Shown: positions 52,420-62,438 of the stretch, one piece after another
Numbering within the stretch: the first letter of the stretch is position 1
Layout: each line of letters begins with the position of its first letter
Virus record (IMG/VR): IMGVR_UViG_3300025000_000055
Reading direction: 5' to 3' (one strand)
Length of the DNA: 64,000 nt
Source of the DNA: a virus
Taxonomy: Duplodnaviria > Caudoviricetes
Program-made: the position numbers and the translations under genes
The notes under the pieces: generated by a model
Databases searched by the model: none
The model's input: only the letters and a program-made list of their open reading frames with translations
Told to the model about the DNA's origin: nothing

Positions 52420-53850
52420 TTATAATAACAGATTACCCACAATTTTCCCCCTATGCTTAATTCTAGTCAATGCTATTTCTGGCATTTCCCATACACTATC
52501 AAAATCCCAATTTTCATAAGTTGATTGAGAATACATCTCTAATGTAGTTTTAGGAATACCTTTCATTGTATCATCTTGATAAGAGGTCTCCATATTATAA
52601 TAACAGTTTGTTACAATCCCTGTACCTACCCATGCTAAATATTGCCAACCAATAAGACCACCAACATTAATTCCAGAACCATTAACTTTACCTATTGAAT
52701 AGCAATTTTTTAATGCACAATCACCCATACCCATAAATCCGCCAACACTTTCATTAGTTTCACTTGTCACACTACCTAGAGCATAACAATCTTCTATAGG
52801 TGCTTCCCAACCAGTACCAGTAAAACCACCAACATATCTTTTTCCTGTAACATTACCAGTAGAAAAACATTGTTTTATATTAGAAGTATAATCAGTAAAA
52901 GCTATAAATCCTCCAGCATGTTCTGCATTTCCAGTTATATTCCCTCTTGCAAAAGACCTTAAAATAGGGCATTGTAAATAACAAACTAAACCAGCCGCAT
53001 ACCTACCATTGGACATTACAGCTCCAGTTGCATAGCAATCTTCAATACTTCCTTCAGTTCCAGTATGAACTATAAAACCACCAGCGGAAGCATTATCTAC
53101 AGTAGTACCAGTAGAAGTTACGTTACCTGTTGCATAACAATTTTTAATTGGTATAGATGAATAAGAGTTAGCTATAAAACCGCCAGCTTTATATTTAGCA
53201 GTAACATCACAATTAGAAAAACAATTATGAATATTACTATAGTTACCAACAACTAAACCACCAGCATCACCATTAGTTATATTTATACTTCCAATAGAAT
53301 TACAATATTTAATTTCAGCATAATTGTCTGTACAAATACCACCAGAGTTATATTCTGAAACTATATTCACATCCACAGTACAATAACATATCTCCCCATT
53401 TTCCCAGTTTCCTGGGGATATACAAGAATTACCACTTACATAGCAATTTATTATTTTACCTTCATGATATTGTTTAATAATAGCACCATTACCACCAGTA
53501 TCAGCATTTACTACTCTTAAATTTTTTATTATTCCAGTAGAATGAGTACCAGTAAATATTCCTTCACCAGTTAGACCAATAATTGCATAACCATTACCAT
53601 CATAAGTATTATCAATTAAACCATTTGGTGGTCCTACTAAAGCTGTCCATTCACCACTGTTGGTTAAATCTAAATCATTCATTTGAATATAGTTTCCAGC
53701 CATATTATTAGCTACTGCAAGTAAATCATCTAGATTATAAATTCCTATATACCCTTCAGGAACCTCTGTCAATAATATAACTTCTTTATAACCAATAAGA
53801 GAATTATCTATATTAAATAATTTTCTCCATTTTAAAAATGGGTATTTCAT
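52420..53850 (-). CDS. GLUG-repeat beta-helical adhesin / tail-fibre-like protein
   Basis: YIQMNDLDL...YDGNGYAI N-terminus followed by many (A)GG(F/L)xG...CYATGNVT repeats. Confidence 0.75.
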   Translation of the reverse strand: MKYPFLKWRKLFNIDNSLIGYKEVILLTEVPEGYIGIYNLDDLLAVANNMAGNYIQMNDLDLTNSGEWTALVGPPNGLIDNTYDGNGYAIIGLTGEGIFTGTHSTGIIKNLRVVNADTGGNGAIIKQYHEGKIINCYVSGNSCISPGNWENGEICYCTVDVNIVSEYNSGGICTDNYAEIKYCNSIGSINITNGDAGGLVVGNYSNIHNCFSNCDVTAKYKAGGFIANSYSSIPIKNCYATGNVTSTGTTVDNASAGGFIVHTGTEGSIEDCYATGAVMSNGRYAAGLVCYLQCPILRSFARGNITGNAEHAGGFIAFTDYTSNIKQCFSTGNVTGKRYVGGFTGTGWEAPIEDCYALGSVTSETNESVGGFMGMGDCALKNCYSIGKVNGSGINVGGLIGWQYLAWVGTGIVTNCYYNMETSYQDDTMKGIPKTTLEMYSQSTYENWDFDSVWEMPEIALTRIKHRGKIVGNLLL

Positions 53851-53887
53851 ATTTAAGTAGCTATTAATATTAACACCCTCTTCCTCT

Positions 53888-54409
53888 TTATAAACTATAC
53901 CCCCAAATATTTAATTCAGTAATTGTGTTAGAACCACCGGCAGATACAACAAGACTAATAGAAGTACTTATTGTTCCTTTTAAAATAGGAACAGAAGATA
54001 AAAGACCAACTCTTTCTCCCGATAATGAATCTTTTCCAATAATATCATAAAATTTTTCAATTATTCCATCTTTCAATTTAATAAATATGTCATTGACAGC
54101 TGTAGCATTACGTAAACACACAAGATAACCTAAAACATAATGAACTTTTTCTTCAATTGCGTCTATAATAGAAATTTGTTCTGAATCAATAGAGCTTGTT
54201 GTATGAGAAATGAAAGGAATTGCATTCAATGGTAATGGTATACTATTAGTTCCAGTTAGTTTACTATTAGTTTCTAGTGTTCCATCACTACTATGTTTCT
54301 GAGGTATAATAATACCTGATGGTAATATAACATGTGGTATTTGTTTTATAGCCATATTCATATTAGTATCCAAATGAAAAACCTTCTTTGGTAACCCAAA
54401 CATTAACAA
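53888..54409 (-). CDS. Constant-leader small tail-region protein, copy 2 (diverged leader)
   Basis: MLMFGLPKKVF...IIPQKHSSDGTLETNSKLTG leader with a different C-terminus. TTG start. Confidence 0.75.
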   Translation of the reverse strand: MLMFGLPKKVFHLDTNMNMAIKQIPHVILPSGIIIPQKHSSDGTLETNSKLTGTNSIPLPLNAIPFISHTTSSIDSEQISIIDAIEEKVHYVLGYLVCLRNATAVNDIFIKLKDGIIEKFYDIIGKDSLSGERVGLLSSVPILKGTISTSISLVVSAGGSNTITELNIWGYSL

Positions 54410-54436
54410 ATAGTATCACCTTCCTTTTATATTTAT

Positions 54437-55600
54437 TTAATTGTTTTGTTGAATACTAAGTACAAAAAATGTAAATAATGCCCTTCTAAAATTATTTATA
54501 GTAGCAAGTCTTTGAGTCTTTTTATATGTTCCTAATTCTTCTAACCAACCATCAAGAACTTTTTTAATTTTAATAATGTTTTTATCAGAAGTATTAGATT
54601 TTTTATATAGTTCTAGACAATAAACTAAGAATTCATTACTACCAATTTGTTGAATTGTATTTTGCGAATCAAATAAAAATAAAAATAATATACTATCAAC
54701 AATAGTTCTTATTTCATCCCTTTTTTCTTGTACTAACAAAGTTTCTATATAATTTCTTAATTCACTTACACTAACTTGACATAATTTAGCTGATAGTGTA
54801 ATTGAATTTATATTAGGTCCATTTACTATTAATTTAAGAACTACAGCATTAGTAATTCTTTCTATAGCATATATATTACTATCAGATTCATGATAATTAC
54901 CTTCTTCAAAATTATCACTTTCTAAATTCATATATTTTTTATCTTTTTGATTAATATAAAATTCATTACTAATTTTTCTCATTAACATATTTAAGCGAGT
55001 TTTTATAGCTTGAATATAATCAACTATTTCCTTATCACTACCATTAACTAATTCATCACTATACTTTCTATCACTAACAAAAGAAGTATCTATTAAAGCA
55101 TTATGAATTGTACCAGTTTGTTTAATCTTAAATTTATTAGATAAATTGTTAATAGTATAATTCATAATATTTTCATTAGGTTCAAATTTAAAAAATTTAT
55201 AATGTAATGAAGGATACATTGATAAAGTTAAATAAATTAAAACTATATCGGCCATATCATCAAGTTTTTTAATTTTAAAGTATCTAATAGCTAAACAACA
55301 AGCTGAATTAAATGGGTTATTCATTATTTGCCACTGAGTTTTAATGGTAGGTGAATTTTTAATAATTTCTTTAATCTTTAATGGATCAACCTCAATAGCT
55401 TTATATACTTCATTCATATCATCTTCTGAAAATATAGTTCTATGAATAGGACCAATTGTAGATAATTTATTACCATTTTTATCTATATATCTTCCAACTG
55501 CTTTTTTTAAATTTAAAACATTTTCTTTTTTTGATAATCCTCTTTCTATTAAAGGATAGAGTTCAGTAATCAATACTTTATCATTAGGCAAATTTATCAC
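54437..55600 (-). CDS. Hypothetical protein (late-promoter driven)
   Basis: 387-aa ORF with an AACA-N6-TA motif on the minus strand at 55621-55632. Confidence 0.75.
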   Translation of the reverse strand: MINLPNDKVLITELYPLIERGLSKKENVLNLKKAVGRYIDKNGNKLSTIGPIHRTIFSEDDMNEVYKAIEVDPLKIKEIIKNSPTIKTQWQIMNNPFNSACCLAIRYFKIKKLDDMADIVLIYLTLSMYPSLHYKFFKFEPNENIMNYTINNLSNKFKIKQTGTIHNALIDTSFVSDRKYSDELVNGSDKEIVDYIQAIKTRLNMLMRKISNEFYINQKDKKYMNLESDNFEEGNYHESDSNIYAIERITNAVVLKLIVNGPNINSITLSAKLCQVSVSELRNYIETLLVQEKRDEIRTIVDSILFLFLFDSQNTIQQIGSNEFLVYCLELYKKSNTSDKNIIKIKKVLDGWLEELGTYKKTQRLATINNFRRALFTFFVLSIQQNN

Positions 55601-55669
55601 AACCTTTATAATTTTATCATTAATATTATGTTAAAGAACAAAGTTATAATAGAAAAAAGAGGGGATTTG

Positions 55670-56863
55670 GTGGAAATGAGTATTTTATTTAATAAAAATA
55701 TTAAACAAGTTATACCCATTAAAGAAACTTATTATGGTAAATCTAAAGAATTTATTAAAATTGAAAATGAATTAAAAAAAATAATTGATATAGTAAGGGA
55801 TGATGAGAGTAAAAATATATTTAAAGCTAGGATTGATATAGATAATTCTTCACCTAATCAAAATATGCAAGAAATTTTTACAAAATATTTTCAAATAAAG
55901 GGTATAAAAATTCATTGGTCTGATAATGTACCTAATGCATATACTAGAATAGTATCATTACCAATTATGTATTTAGTTAATCAACAAAAATTACAAGAAA
56001 GTAAAAAATTTATAAATGATGAACTTAATATATATATCTTTTTATCAACAACTTTAATTTCAACTTGTGATTTAAATGAAAAAGAATTACTGGCTATAAT
56101 TCTTCATGAAATAGGACATAATTTTACAATAACACCATTTTATTTTTTATCTACACTTCCATTATTAGTAGTATCACCATTTATTTGGTTTTTTACACCA
56201 TTATTTCAAACTACCATATCTGAATTAATGGTGAATGTTGGTAATTTCTTCAAAAAATATTTACCATTTATATATAATTTCAAAAATATGTTAGAAAACT
56301 TTCTACATAGTATTTCTAGGTCATTAGCAGTAAACCCAGAAAAGTTATTTAGAATAATTCAATTTTTACCTGTTTATATGTTTGAAATGATTCCTGGGTA
56401 TTATGAAGAAAAATTTTCAGATACATTTGCAGCTTCTTATGGGTATGGTAAAGATTTATCTTCAGCTTTATATAAATTATCCAATCAAAAAAAATCATTA
56501 TATAATAAACTTATAGTTGAAACACCTATTATAAATTTAGTTGCCGATTTTTATAAAATTATGATTGATTGCGTCGTATCATTTATTGATCCACATCCAA
56601 ATGTTCAAACTAGAATTGTTATAATGATGGATAAACTAAAAAGAGATTTAGACGATCCTAATATACCCAAAGATTTAAAAATAGAATTAAAAAATAGTAT
56701 TAAATATATTGAAAATTATTATAATGAATTTTATTTAAATGACCCATATACTAAAAAACATAAAATATTTACTCAAATGACATTAGAGTTATATGACAAA
56801 ATATTAGGTACTAAAGATTGGAGAAGTGGTATGAGTAATTTATTTAAGAACTATGAAGCATAA
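55670..56863 (+). CDS. Zn-metallopeptidase-like protein
   Basis: LHEIGH (HExxH), downstream EEKFSDTFAASYGYG, and HP..QTRI, an M48-like pattern. GTG 55670 follows GAGGGG. Late motif at 55637. Confidence 0.7.
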   Translation: MEMSILFNKNIKQVIPIKETYYGKSKEFIKIENELKKIIDIVRDDESKNIFKARIDIDNSSPNQNMQEIFTKYFQIKGIKIHWSDNVPNAYTRIVSLPIMYLVNQQKLQESKKFINDELNIYIFLSTTLISTCDLNEKELLAIILHEIGHNFTITPFYFLSTLPLLVVSPFIWFFTPLFQTTISELMVNVGNFFKKYLPFIYNFKNMLENFLHSISRSLAVNPEKLFRIIQFLPVYMFEMIPGYYEEKFSDTFAASYGYGKDLSSALYKLSNQKKSLYNKLIVETPIINLVADFYKIMIDCVVSFIDPHPNVQTRIVIMMDKLKRDLDDPNIPKDLKIELKNSIKYIENYYNEFYLNDPYTKKHKIFTQMTLELYDKILGTKDWRSGMSNLFKNYEA

Positions 56864-56870
56864 AAAAATA

Positions 56871-56903
56871 AAAGTTACGTGGATTATTTCACGTAACTTT
56901 TAT
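56871..56903. repeat. 33-bp hairpin/terminator, identical copy at 57348-57380
   Basis: AAAGTTACGTGGATTATTTCACGTAACTTTTAT at both positions. Confidence 0.85.
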
Positions 56904-56911
56904 TTTATATA

Positions 56912-57259
56912 TTAAGCTGGTATATTTTCTTCAGAAAAACAAATTAAATCAATGACTATCTCTCTATTATTTTCATTAATAACCATATCAAATTTAACAA
57001 CATCCCCAACTTTCATTGACGGACAAATTAAATTCGAGTATGCATCAGGTAACTTACCTTGTTCTCTTTCAATAAAACCATGATTCTTCTTTATTAATTT
57101 AATAACACCGATACAATTTTCTTCTGATATTGTGCCCGGTAAATAATGAGTTTCTTGTTTAAAAACCTTATCAGTGATTTTAATACTGCTACTAGTCTTA
57201 CTTATAATACCTTCATTAAAAACCTTTTTTGACTTTCTATTATTTTTATTTCTTGACAT
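56912..57259 (-). CDS. Cold-shock/S1-like OB-fold protein
   Basis: GVIKLIKKNHGFIERE...KVGDVVKF resembles the CSD RNP1 pattern. ATG 57259 follows GGGGG. Confidence 0.5.
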   Translation of the reverse strand: MSRNKNNRKSKKVFNEGIISKTSSSIKITDKVFKQETHYLPGTISEENCIGVIKLIKKNHGFIEREQGKLPDAYSNLICPSMKVGDVVKFDMVINENNREIVIDLICFSEENIPA

Positions 57260-57379
57260 TAAAAAACCCCCCTTAAAATATTGTATTATCAATTTAATAA
57301 TATATACATATAACTTTCTTTAAAAATTATGATAAATATATGGAATGAAAGTTACGTGGATTATTTCACGTAACTTTTA

Positions 57380-57634
57380 TTATAATTCATGAATATGAAT
57401 AAATACCGGCCACCAACCACCACTAATGACTGATTTTTCACCAACTACAGATTTTGTAGATTTAATATAAATTAATTCTAACTTAAAACCACATTCTTTT
57501 ATTTTTTCAACAACTTCATTTTCTGTCATTTTTTCCATGTCTATTGTTTTACATAATTTATATATAAAACAATCAGAAGTGTTACACAATTCTTGAAATT
57601 GTATACAAGACCTACCAAAAACAAGTATTAACAA
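57380..57634 (-). CDS. Hypothetical protein
   Basis: 84-aa ORF. Confidence 0.5.
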   Translation of the reverse strand: MLILVFGRSCIQFQELCNTSDCFIYKLCKTIDMEKMTENEVVEKIKECGFKLELIYIKSTKSVVGEKSVISGGWWPVFIHIHEL

Positions 57635-57672
57635 TATCTAAAAACATAAATAAAACCCCCTTCTTTTATATA

Positions 57673-58140
57673 TTAAAAATCATCACCCAATAATCTCATC
57701 ATATCATTTTCATATTGTTCATCCATTTCTTTTGCAACATCGTTCCAATATTGACTTGAATATTCCTCATTATTTTTTCTCTCATATTCAAGTCTTTGTT
57801 GTTCTTTTTTTGTCATACTCTTTATTTTTACAATTTTCATTCCACCACTAGGGGTTTTTATTTTTATTTCTGAATTTGTAGTCCACTCAAATTTGTCACC
57901 TTCATAAAATACCATTGCGGAACTACCATTAAAAGTAACGAATATCATTGGTTTCTTTTTACTAAAAAGTTTAGAACCAATTAAATGATGTCTTGATACT
58001 TTTGCCCGTAATTCATTTCTTAAAAATATTTCTTTTCCTTCATGAATTTTATATCTACCAAAATGTGATAATTCCATCACATTTCTCAATGCAGTTAAAA
58101 CAGAATTTAAGGTTAATATATTCAATGTCACTTTAATCAT
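57673..58140 (-). CDS. Hypothetical early protein
   Basis: 155-aa ORF with GGAGG RBS, early motif and leader hairpin. Confidence 0.65.
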   Translation of the reverse strand: MIKVTLNILTLNSVLTALRNVMELSHFGRYKIHEGKEIFLRNELRAKVSRHHLIGSKLFSKKKPMIFVTFNGSSAMVFYEGDKFEWTTNSEIKIKTPSGGMKIVKIKSMTKKEQQRLEYERKNNEEYSSQYWNDVAKEMDEQYENDMMRLLGDDF

Positions 58141-58295
58141 AATAAACCTCCTTAATAATCTAATAAGTATATTTATTTCCCCTTATTAGTGGGAATAATA
58201 TTTTATTCAATTAAATAATATATATTTATTTTAAATAAATATACTAAAAAAATAATATCTATGCAATTAAGGAACATAGATATTATTTAAATATT

Positions 58296-58997
58296 TTAAC
58301 TTATATTCATATTAATTTGTTGTTTATTTTGAGGTAATTTTTTAATAATCATATCTTTGTTTGTAATATCAACTTCTAACTGTTCAATATTGTTTGAAAT
58401 AATAGTAGAATTCATTAATACTTTTTCGATTTCAATAAAACTAACATATTCACACAATTCATCACCTTCACATATAAATATAAAGTTATCTTTTATATTA
58501 TCATATCGTAATCTATACATACTACACATTATACAATCTTTTTTAGAACCCGTAAAACAACATACTGATTGAAATGAATTAGTCCAATATTTTTTATACC
58601 ATATTTCTTCTTTATCAGATAATATTAAGTCATAACCTCTTTGTTCATTCACTTTTCCTCTATAGTTTATTACTCTTATTTTCTTTATATATCCTTGTGG
58701 TATTACAATTTCTTTATTTGATGATTGAGATGTTATATACGTAAAATTTATTATTAAATTATTTGAAGTACGAAATGTTGGATATATTGTTGACACTCTA
58801 TGTATTGCTTCAATAATACTAAAAATATTAGTTAATATTGGAATATAAGAAGAATCACTATTTATAAATATAGATGAAAATAATGGTATAAAATAAAATT
58901 TATAATTCACATTCATTGATAAATCTAATTCGCCTATTTTATAGGCCCAACCACTAACTACTTTAGACATAATTCCCTCCTTTGATAATATATCCAT
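58296..58997 (-). CDS. Hypothetical early protein
   Basis: About 225-233 aa. GGAGG RBS before MSKVVSG, with early motif and leader hairpin. Confidence 0.6.
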   Translation of the reverse strand: MDILSKEGIMSKVVSGWAYKIGELDLSMNVNYKFYFIPLFSSIFINSDSSYIPILTNIFSIIEAIHRVSTIYPTFRTSNNLIINFTYITSQSSNKEIVIPQGYIKKIRVINYRGKVNEQRGYDLILSDKEEIWYKKYWTNSFQSVCCFTGSKKDCIMCSMYRLRYDNIKDNFIFICEGDELCEYVSFIEIEKVLMNSTIISNNIEQLEVDITNKDMIIKKLPQNKQQINMNIS

Positions 58998-59102
58998 AAA
59001 GGATATTTACCCAACAGTATTTTTATTTCCCCTATTGGTGGGAATATTATTTATTTCCTCATAATAATATATATGTGAATATTTTAATTATATTAAATAA
59101 AA

Positions 59103-59140
59103 AATATATAGATGGAGTCATATGACTCCATCTATATATT
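59103..59140. terminator. Perfect 38-bp palindrome, terminator
   Basis: AATATATAGATGGAGTCAT|ATGACTCCATCTATATATT. Confidence 0.65.
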
Positions 59141-59151
59141 TATGAAATAAT

Positions 59152-59463
59152 TTAGTTCATATATAAAATAAAATTAATAAGTAAATGTAATGATTGACCA
59201 ATGAATAAATAACCTTTTGGATTTTTATATCCATTTTTAGCTTTATCATAGTCTATTATCATATGTGATATAATTAAAATTGGCACTTTCCATAAAGCAA
59301 ATATACCTAAAAATTTGAAACATAAAGAAAGTATTAAACCATAAATTATACTATGTGCTAATAAACTAGAAAAATGTTTATCTTTAGTTTGTGTAAGGAA
59401 ATCTCCTTGTAATGGATAATCTGCAAGATAATGAGCTAATATAACCCATAATAAATTTTCCAT
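59152..59463 (-). CDS. DUF3307-like membrane protein
   Basis: AHYLADYPLQ, AHS, SHMIIDY.K and QSLH motifs with hydrophobic segments. Confidence 0.75.
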   Translation of the reverse strand: MENLLWVILAHYLADYPLQGDFLTQTKDKHFSSLLAHSIIYGLILSLCFKFLGIFALWKVPILIISHMIIDYDKAKNGYKNPKGYLFIGQSLHLLINFILYMN

Positions 59464-59510
59464 AAATTTATCACCCTCTATTTACTATTATATGGATAAA
59501 TTATCCATAT

Positions 59511-59918
59511 TTATTTTAATGAAAAAAAATCTTGAGCCAAATCTTTTAATTGTTCAATAGATATACAAATAATCTTTTGTACAGGATTATTTATATCAAT
59601 TTTTTCTTTATTTAAATCTTTTTCATAATTTACTAAAAACTCATCAATCCATTTTAATAATAATTCAGTTGTTATATATCCGTTATGTTCAGAACTTTTT
59701 TTACCTGTTATAGTATTTAAAAAGTTTCTCATATTTTCTTGATATGTATCATGAATAAATTTCTTTTCTCTACATTCTCTAAGAATTCTATAATAACTGG
59801 TTTTACTAATTTCCATGTTCTCACATATATTAATCTTAATATCACTAAGTTTTCTATTTTTATTTTTTAATTCATTATATAAAATAGAAAACTTATTAAG
59901 TATACCAACATCATACAT
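59511..59918 (-). CDS. Hypothetical protein, possible HTH
   Basis: ICENMEISKTSYYRILREC. GGAGG RBS. Confidence 0.55.
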   Translation of the reverse strand: MYDVGILNKFSILYNELKNKNRKLSDIKINICENMEISKTSYYRILRECREKKFIHDTYQENMRNFLNTITGKKSSEHNGYITTELLLKWIDEFLVNYEKDLNKEKIDINNPVQKIICISIEQLKDLAQDFFSLK

Positions 59919-60077
59919 TATGAAACCACCTCCTTTTCAAATATTTAATTATTATTTAATTGTTTAATTAACTATAATAAATTAATTTTATTACTTAAAT
60001 AAGTAAATTCTTTTACTTAAACATTTTTTTAAATAAACAATTAAATAAAAAATACTTATTTAAGGAGGCGTATAAAA

Positions 60078-60419
60078 ATGTTAACTAAACCAAAAGTTAT
60101 ATATCGTGGTCAGCCTGGCGCTGTAGAAGCAAAAATATATACTGTTCCTGAAGGAAATGGGAATCCAATACTGGTAAAAGAAATTATTATTACCAATACA
60201 ACGGCGGTGGCTGCTACAATAACATTGTCTGTAGTTCCTGCTGGTGGTACTGCCGGAGTAACTAACCGTATAAAAGTTGCTGAAGAGATTGCAGCTAGTA
60301 AATCAGAAACAATTGAAGTTGAGATTCCGATGCAAATTGGTGATTTCATTAGTGCAGTACAGGGAACTGCCGGTTCACTAACTCTAACTATTTCAGGTGA
60401 AGAAATTTTAGCATATTAA
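60078..60419 (+). CDS. Small beta-rich tail-region protein (paralog A)
   Basis: Similar to 62109-62438 (PKVxYRG...YTVP...LSVVP...GDFIS.xQGT). AGGAGG RBS and late motif at 60036. Confidence 0.7.
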   Translation: MLTKPKVIYRGQPGAVEAKIYTVPEGNGNPILVKEIIITNTTAVAATITLSVVPAGGTAGVTNRIKVAEEIAASKSETIEVEIPMQIGDFISAVQGTAGSLTLTISGEEILAY

Positions 60420-60450
60420 GTATTAAAAAATTGAAAGGTGTGTTAAATTA

Positions 60451-61719
60451 ATGAGCTACTTGATTATAAATCAGAATGACACTGTTATTAATTCAGAGGT
60501 TGTTAATCCAATTCTATCTAAGAGTGATGTTGGGATTGAAGTCAACGGCACCAATGTTAAACTAAAAATAGGTGACGGTATTAGTAGATATAGTTTATTA
60601 AATGTAATGTGGTCAGGTACTATTACAGAATTTCAAAATACTTTTATTGGAATAAATAAAAGGATAGAAGATTTAATAGACACTAATACTAGTATTGATG
60701 TAATCATACAAGATATTGTAAGTCTTAATGAAATAGTTGAAACTTTGAAAGTAGAACCAAGTAACTATATATATGTTGGTAAAAATGGTAACGATACAAC
60801 TGGTAATGGTAGTGCAGGTACACCATATCTAACAGTTAGTAAAGCAATTAATGAAGCTTCATCTGGAACTACAATATTTATATTTCCTGGAACATACATT
60901 GAAAATTTAACATTAAAAGCAGGGGTTAATTTAGTTGCACCTTCTAAATATTCAACATATATCAGAGGAAAAGTAACTGTAGATATAACAGGTACTGTGT
61001 ATTTAGAAAAAATCATATTCCAAAATAATTTAGATATTGTAATTGATTTTAAAGGTACTAATGTTCAGAATGTACAAATGTTAATGTGTAATGTTGAAAG
61101 CTTAACAGATAATGATGGAAATGCTATTAATTATACTAATACTAATGCTAACAGTAAATTATCAATTGCTGATGGTGTATTAACAGTATATACAAGTACT
61201 GGTGGGGCAAGAGCTTTTTCTAGTGCAGCTACAGCTTTGGGAACAGTTTTATTAGATAAAACAACATGTCAAATATTAGATGATATTGATAATATTTGTC
61301 TAGATATTGCAGGTGGTGTTTCATTTATACACACACAAGACCAAGTTAAAGGTCAAATAGTAGTATCTGATACTGCTAGTACCACTTTTGCTATTTTGTC
61401 AATGTATACTACAACAGTGCCAGTATTAATTACAAATTCGACTGGTATTTCCACATTATCTCAAATTATGGCTGTGACTACTTCCACTCCATGTTTTTCT
61501 GGTACTGGTGTATTCATATTCTTTGCAATTGGATATGGGAGTACAGGAGTTGGTGGGGCTGCTACATTAAATGGTAATGCCGGAGCAATTGCTCTTGAAA
61601 TGGCTCCAATAAAATTTAGGGCATCAGCATTATATGCTACAGTTCAAGATGGTCTTTTGGAATATGATGGAACACATCTATATTTTACTATAGGTGAAAC
61701 AAGAAACACACTAATATAA
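60451..61719 (+). CDS. Tail fibre/depolymerase-like protein with an Mtd-N-like anchor and pectin-lyase-like beta-helix
   Basis: NPILSK..VGIE...KLKIGDG N-terminus, then YVGKNGNDTTGNGS..PYLTVSKAI...IFIFPGTY. Confidence 0.7.
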   Translation: MSYLIINQNDTVINSEVVNPILSKSDVGIEVNGTNVKLKIGDGISRYSLLNVMWSGTITEFQNTFIGINKRIEDLIDTNTSIDVIIQDIVSLNEIVETLKVEPSNYIYVGKNGNDTTGNGSAGTPYLTVSKAINEASSGTTIFIFPGTYIENLTLKAGVNLVAPSKYSTYIRGKVTVDITGTVYLEKIIFQNNLDIVIDFKGTNVQNVQMLMCNVESLTDNDGNAINYTNTNANSKLSIADGVLTVYTSTGGARAFSSAATALGTVLLDKTTCQILDDIDNICLDIAGGVSFIHTQDQVKGQIVVSDTASTTFAILSMYTTTVPVLITNSTGISTLSQIMAVTTSTPCFSGTGVFIFFAIGYGSTGVGGAATLNGNAGAIALEMAPIKFRASALYATVQDGLLEYDGTHLYFTIGETRNTLI

Positions 61720-61770
61720 TATTTAATAATAAAATTATTTTTTATAATTATCAAAAAGGTGTGATAAAAA

Positions 61771-62109
61771 ATGAGTTATTTAGTTATAAACGAAAATGAA
61801 ATTATTGTTAATTGGGAAAATATCAATCCTATTCTATCTAATGGAAATGTAGGAATTGATATTGTTAATGATAATGTGAGTATTAGAATTGGTAATGGTG
61901 TTAGCATATACAGTGAATTATCTAAAATATGGTCAGGTACTAATATAGAGTTTCAAAATATTTTTATTTTTATAAGTAAAAAAATACAAAATATAATAGA
62001 TACCCATATATCAACTGAAGCAGCATTAAAAAATGTTACAGATATCGAAACACAAACAAATAAATTTAATGATTATCAAATAAGACAATTAATGGGGGTT
62101 AATTGGTAA
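61771..62109 (+). CDS. Short Mtd-N-like anchor protein (paralog of the 60451 N-terminus)
   Basis: NPILSNGNVGID...IRIGNG..YSEL..IWSGT. Confidence 0.65.
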   Translation: MSYLVINENEIIVNWENINPILSNGNVGIDIVNDNVSIRIGNGVSIYSELSKIWSGTNIEFQNIFIFISKKIQNIIDTHISTEAALKNVTDIETQTNKFNDYQIRQLMGVNW

Positions 62110-62438
62110 TGGTAACTACACCTAAAGTATTATATAGAGGGAGAATAAATACAGCTGAACAAACTGTATATACGGTACCAGTTAATAAAATAGCTATAAT
62201 TACAGGAATTACTTTATGTAATAATGGTGTTGATATGAGTACATTAACATTATCAGTAGTACCTAATGGTGATGTAGCTAGTTTGGATAATCGTATAATG
62301 AATATGGAAGAATTTGATTTCAAATCATCTATAAGTCTTAAATACAATATACCTATGCAATCAGGAGACTTTATCAGTGGTTTACAAGGAACTGAAAATG
62401 CAATAACTATCACTATATCTGGTGTAGAGATAGAATAA
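62109..62438 (+). CDS. Small beta-rich tail-region protein (paralog A')
   Basis: ATG overlaps the upstream TAA. Similar to 60078-60419. Confidence 0.7.
   Translation: MVTTPKVLYRGRINTAEQTVYTVPVNKIAIITGITLCNNGVDMSTLTLSVVPNGDVASLDNRIMNMEEFDFKSSISLKYNIPMQSGDFISGLQGTENAITITISGVEIE

Noticed and set aside
54437-55600. Candidate sigma-like promoter-specificity subunit of the phage RNAP
   Set aside because: I could not recognise diagnostic motifs, and it follows a late-type promoter. Left as hypothetical pending an HHpred search.
38789-59140. Perfect 32- and 38-bp palindromes (38789-38820, 59103-59140) as origins or recombination sites
   Set aside because: Both sit directly after stop codons with flanking T/A tracts like the other terminators and are unrelated in sequence. 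Intrinsic termination explains them.
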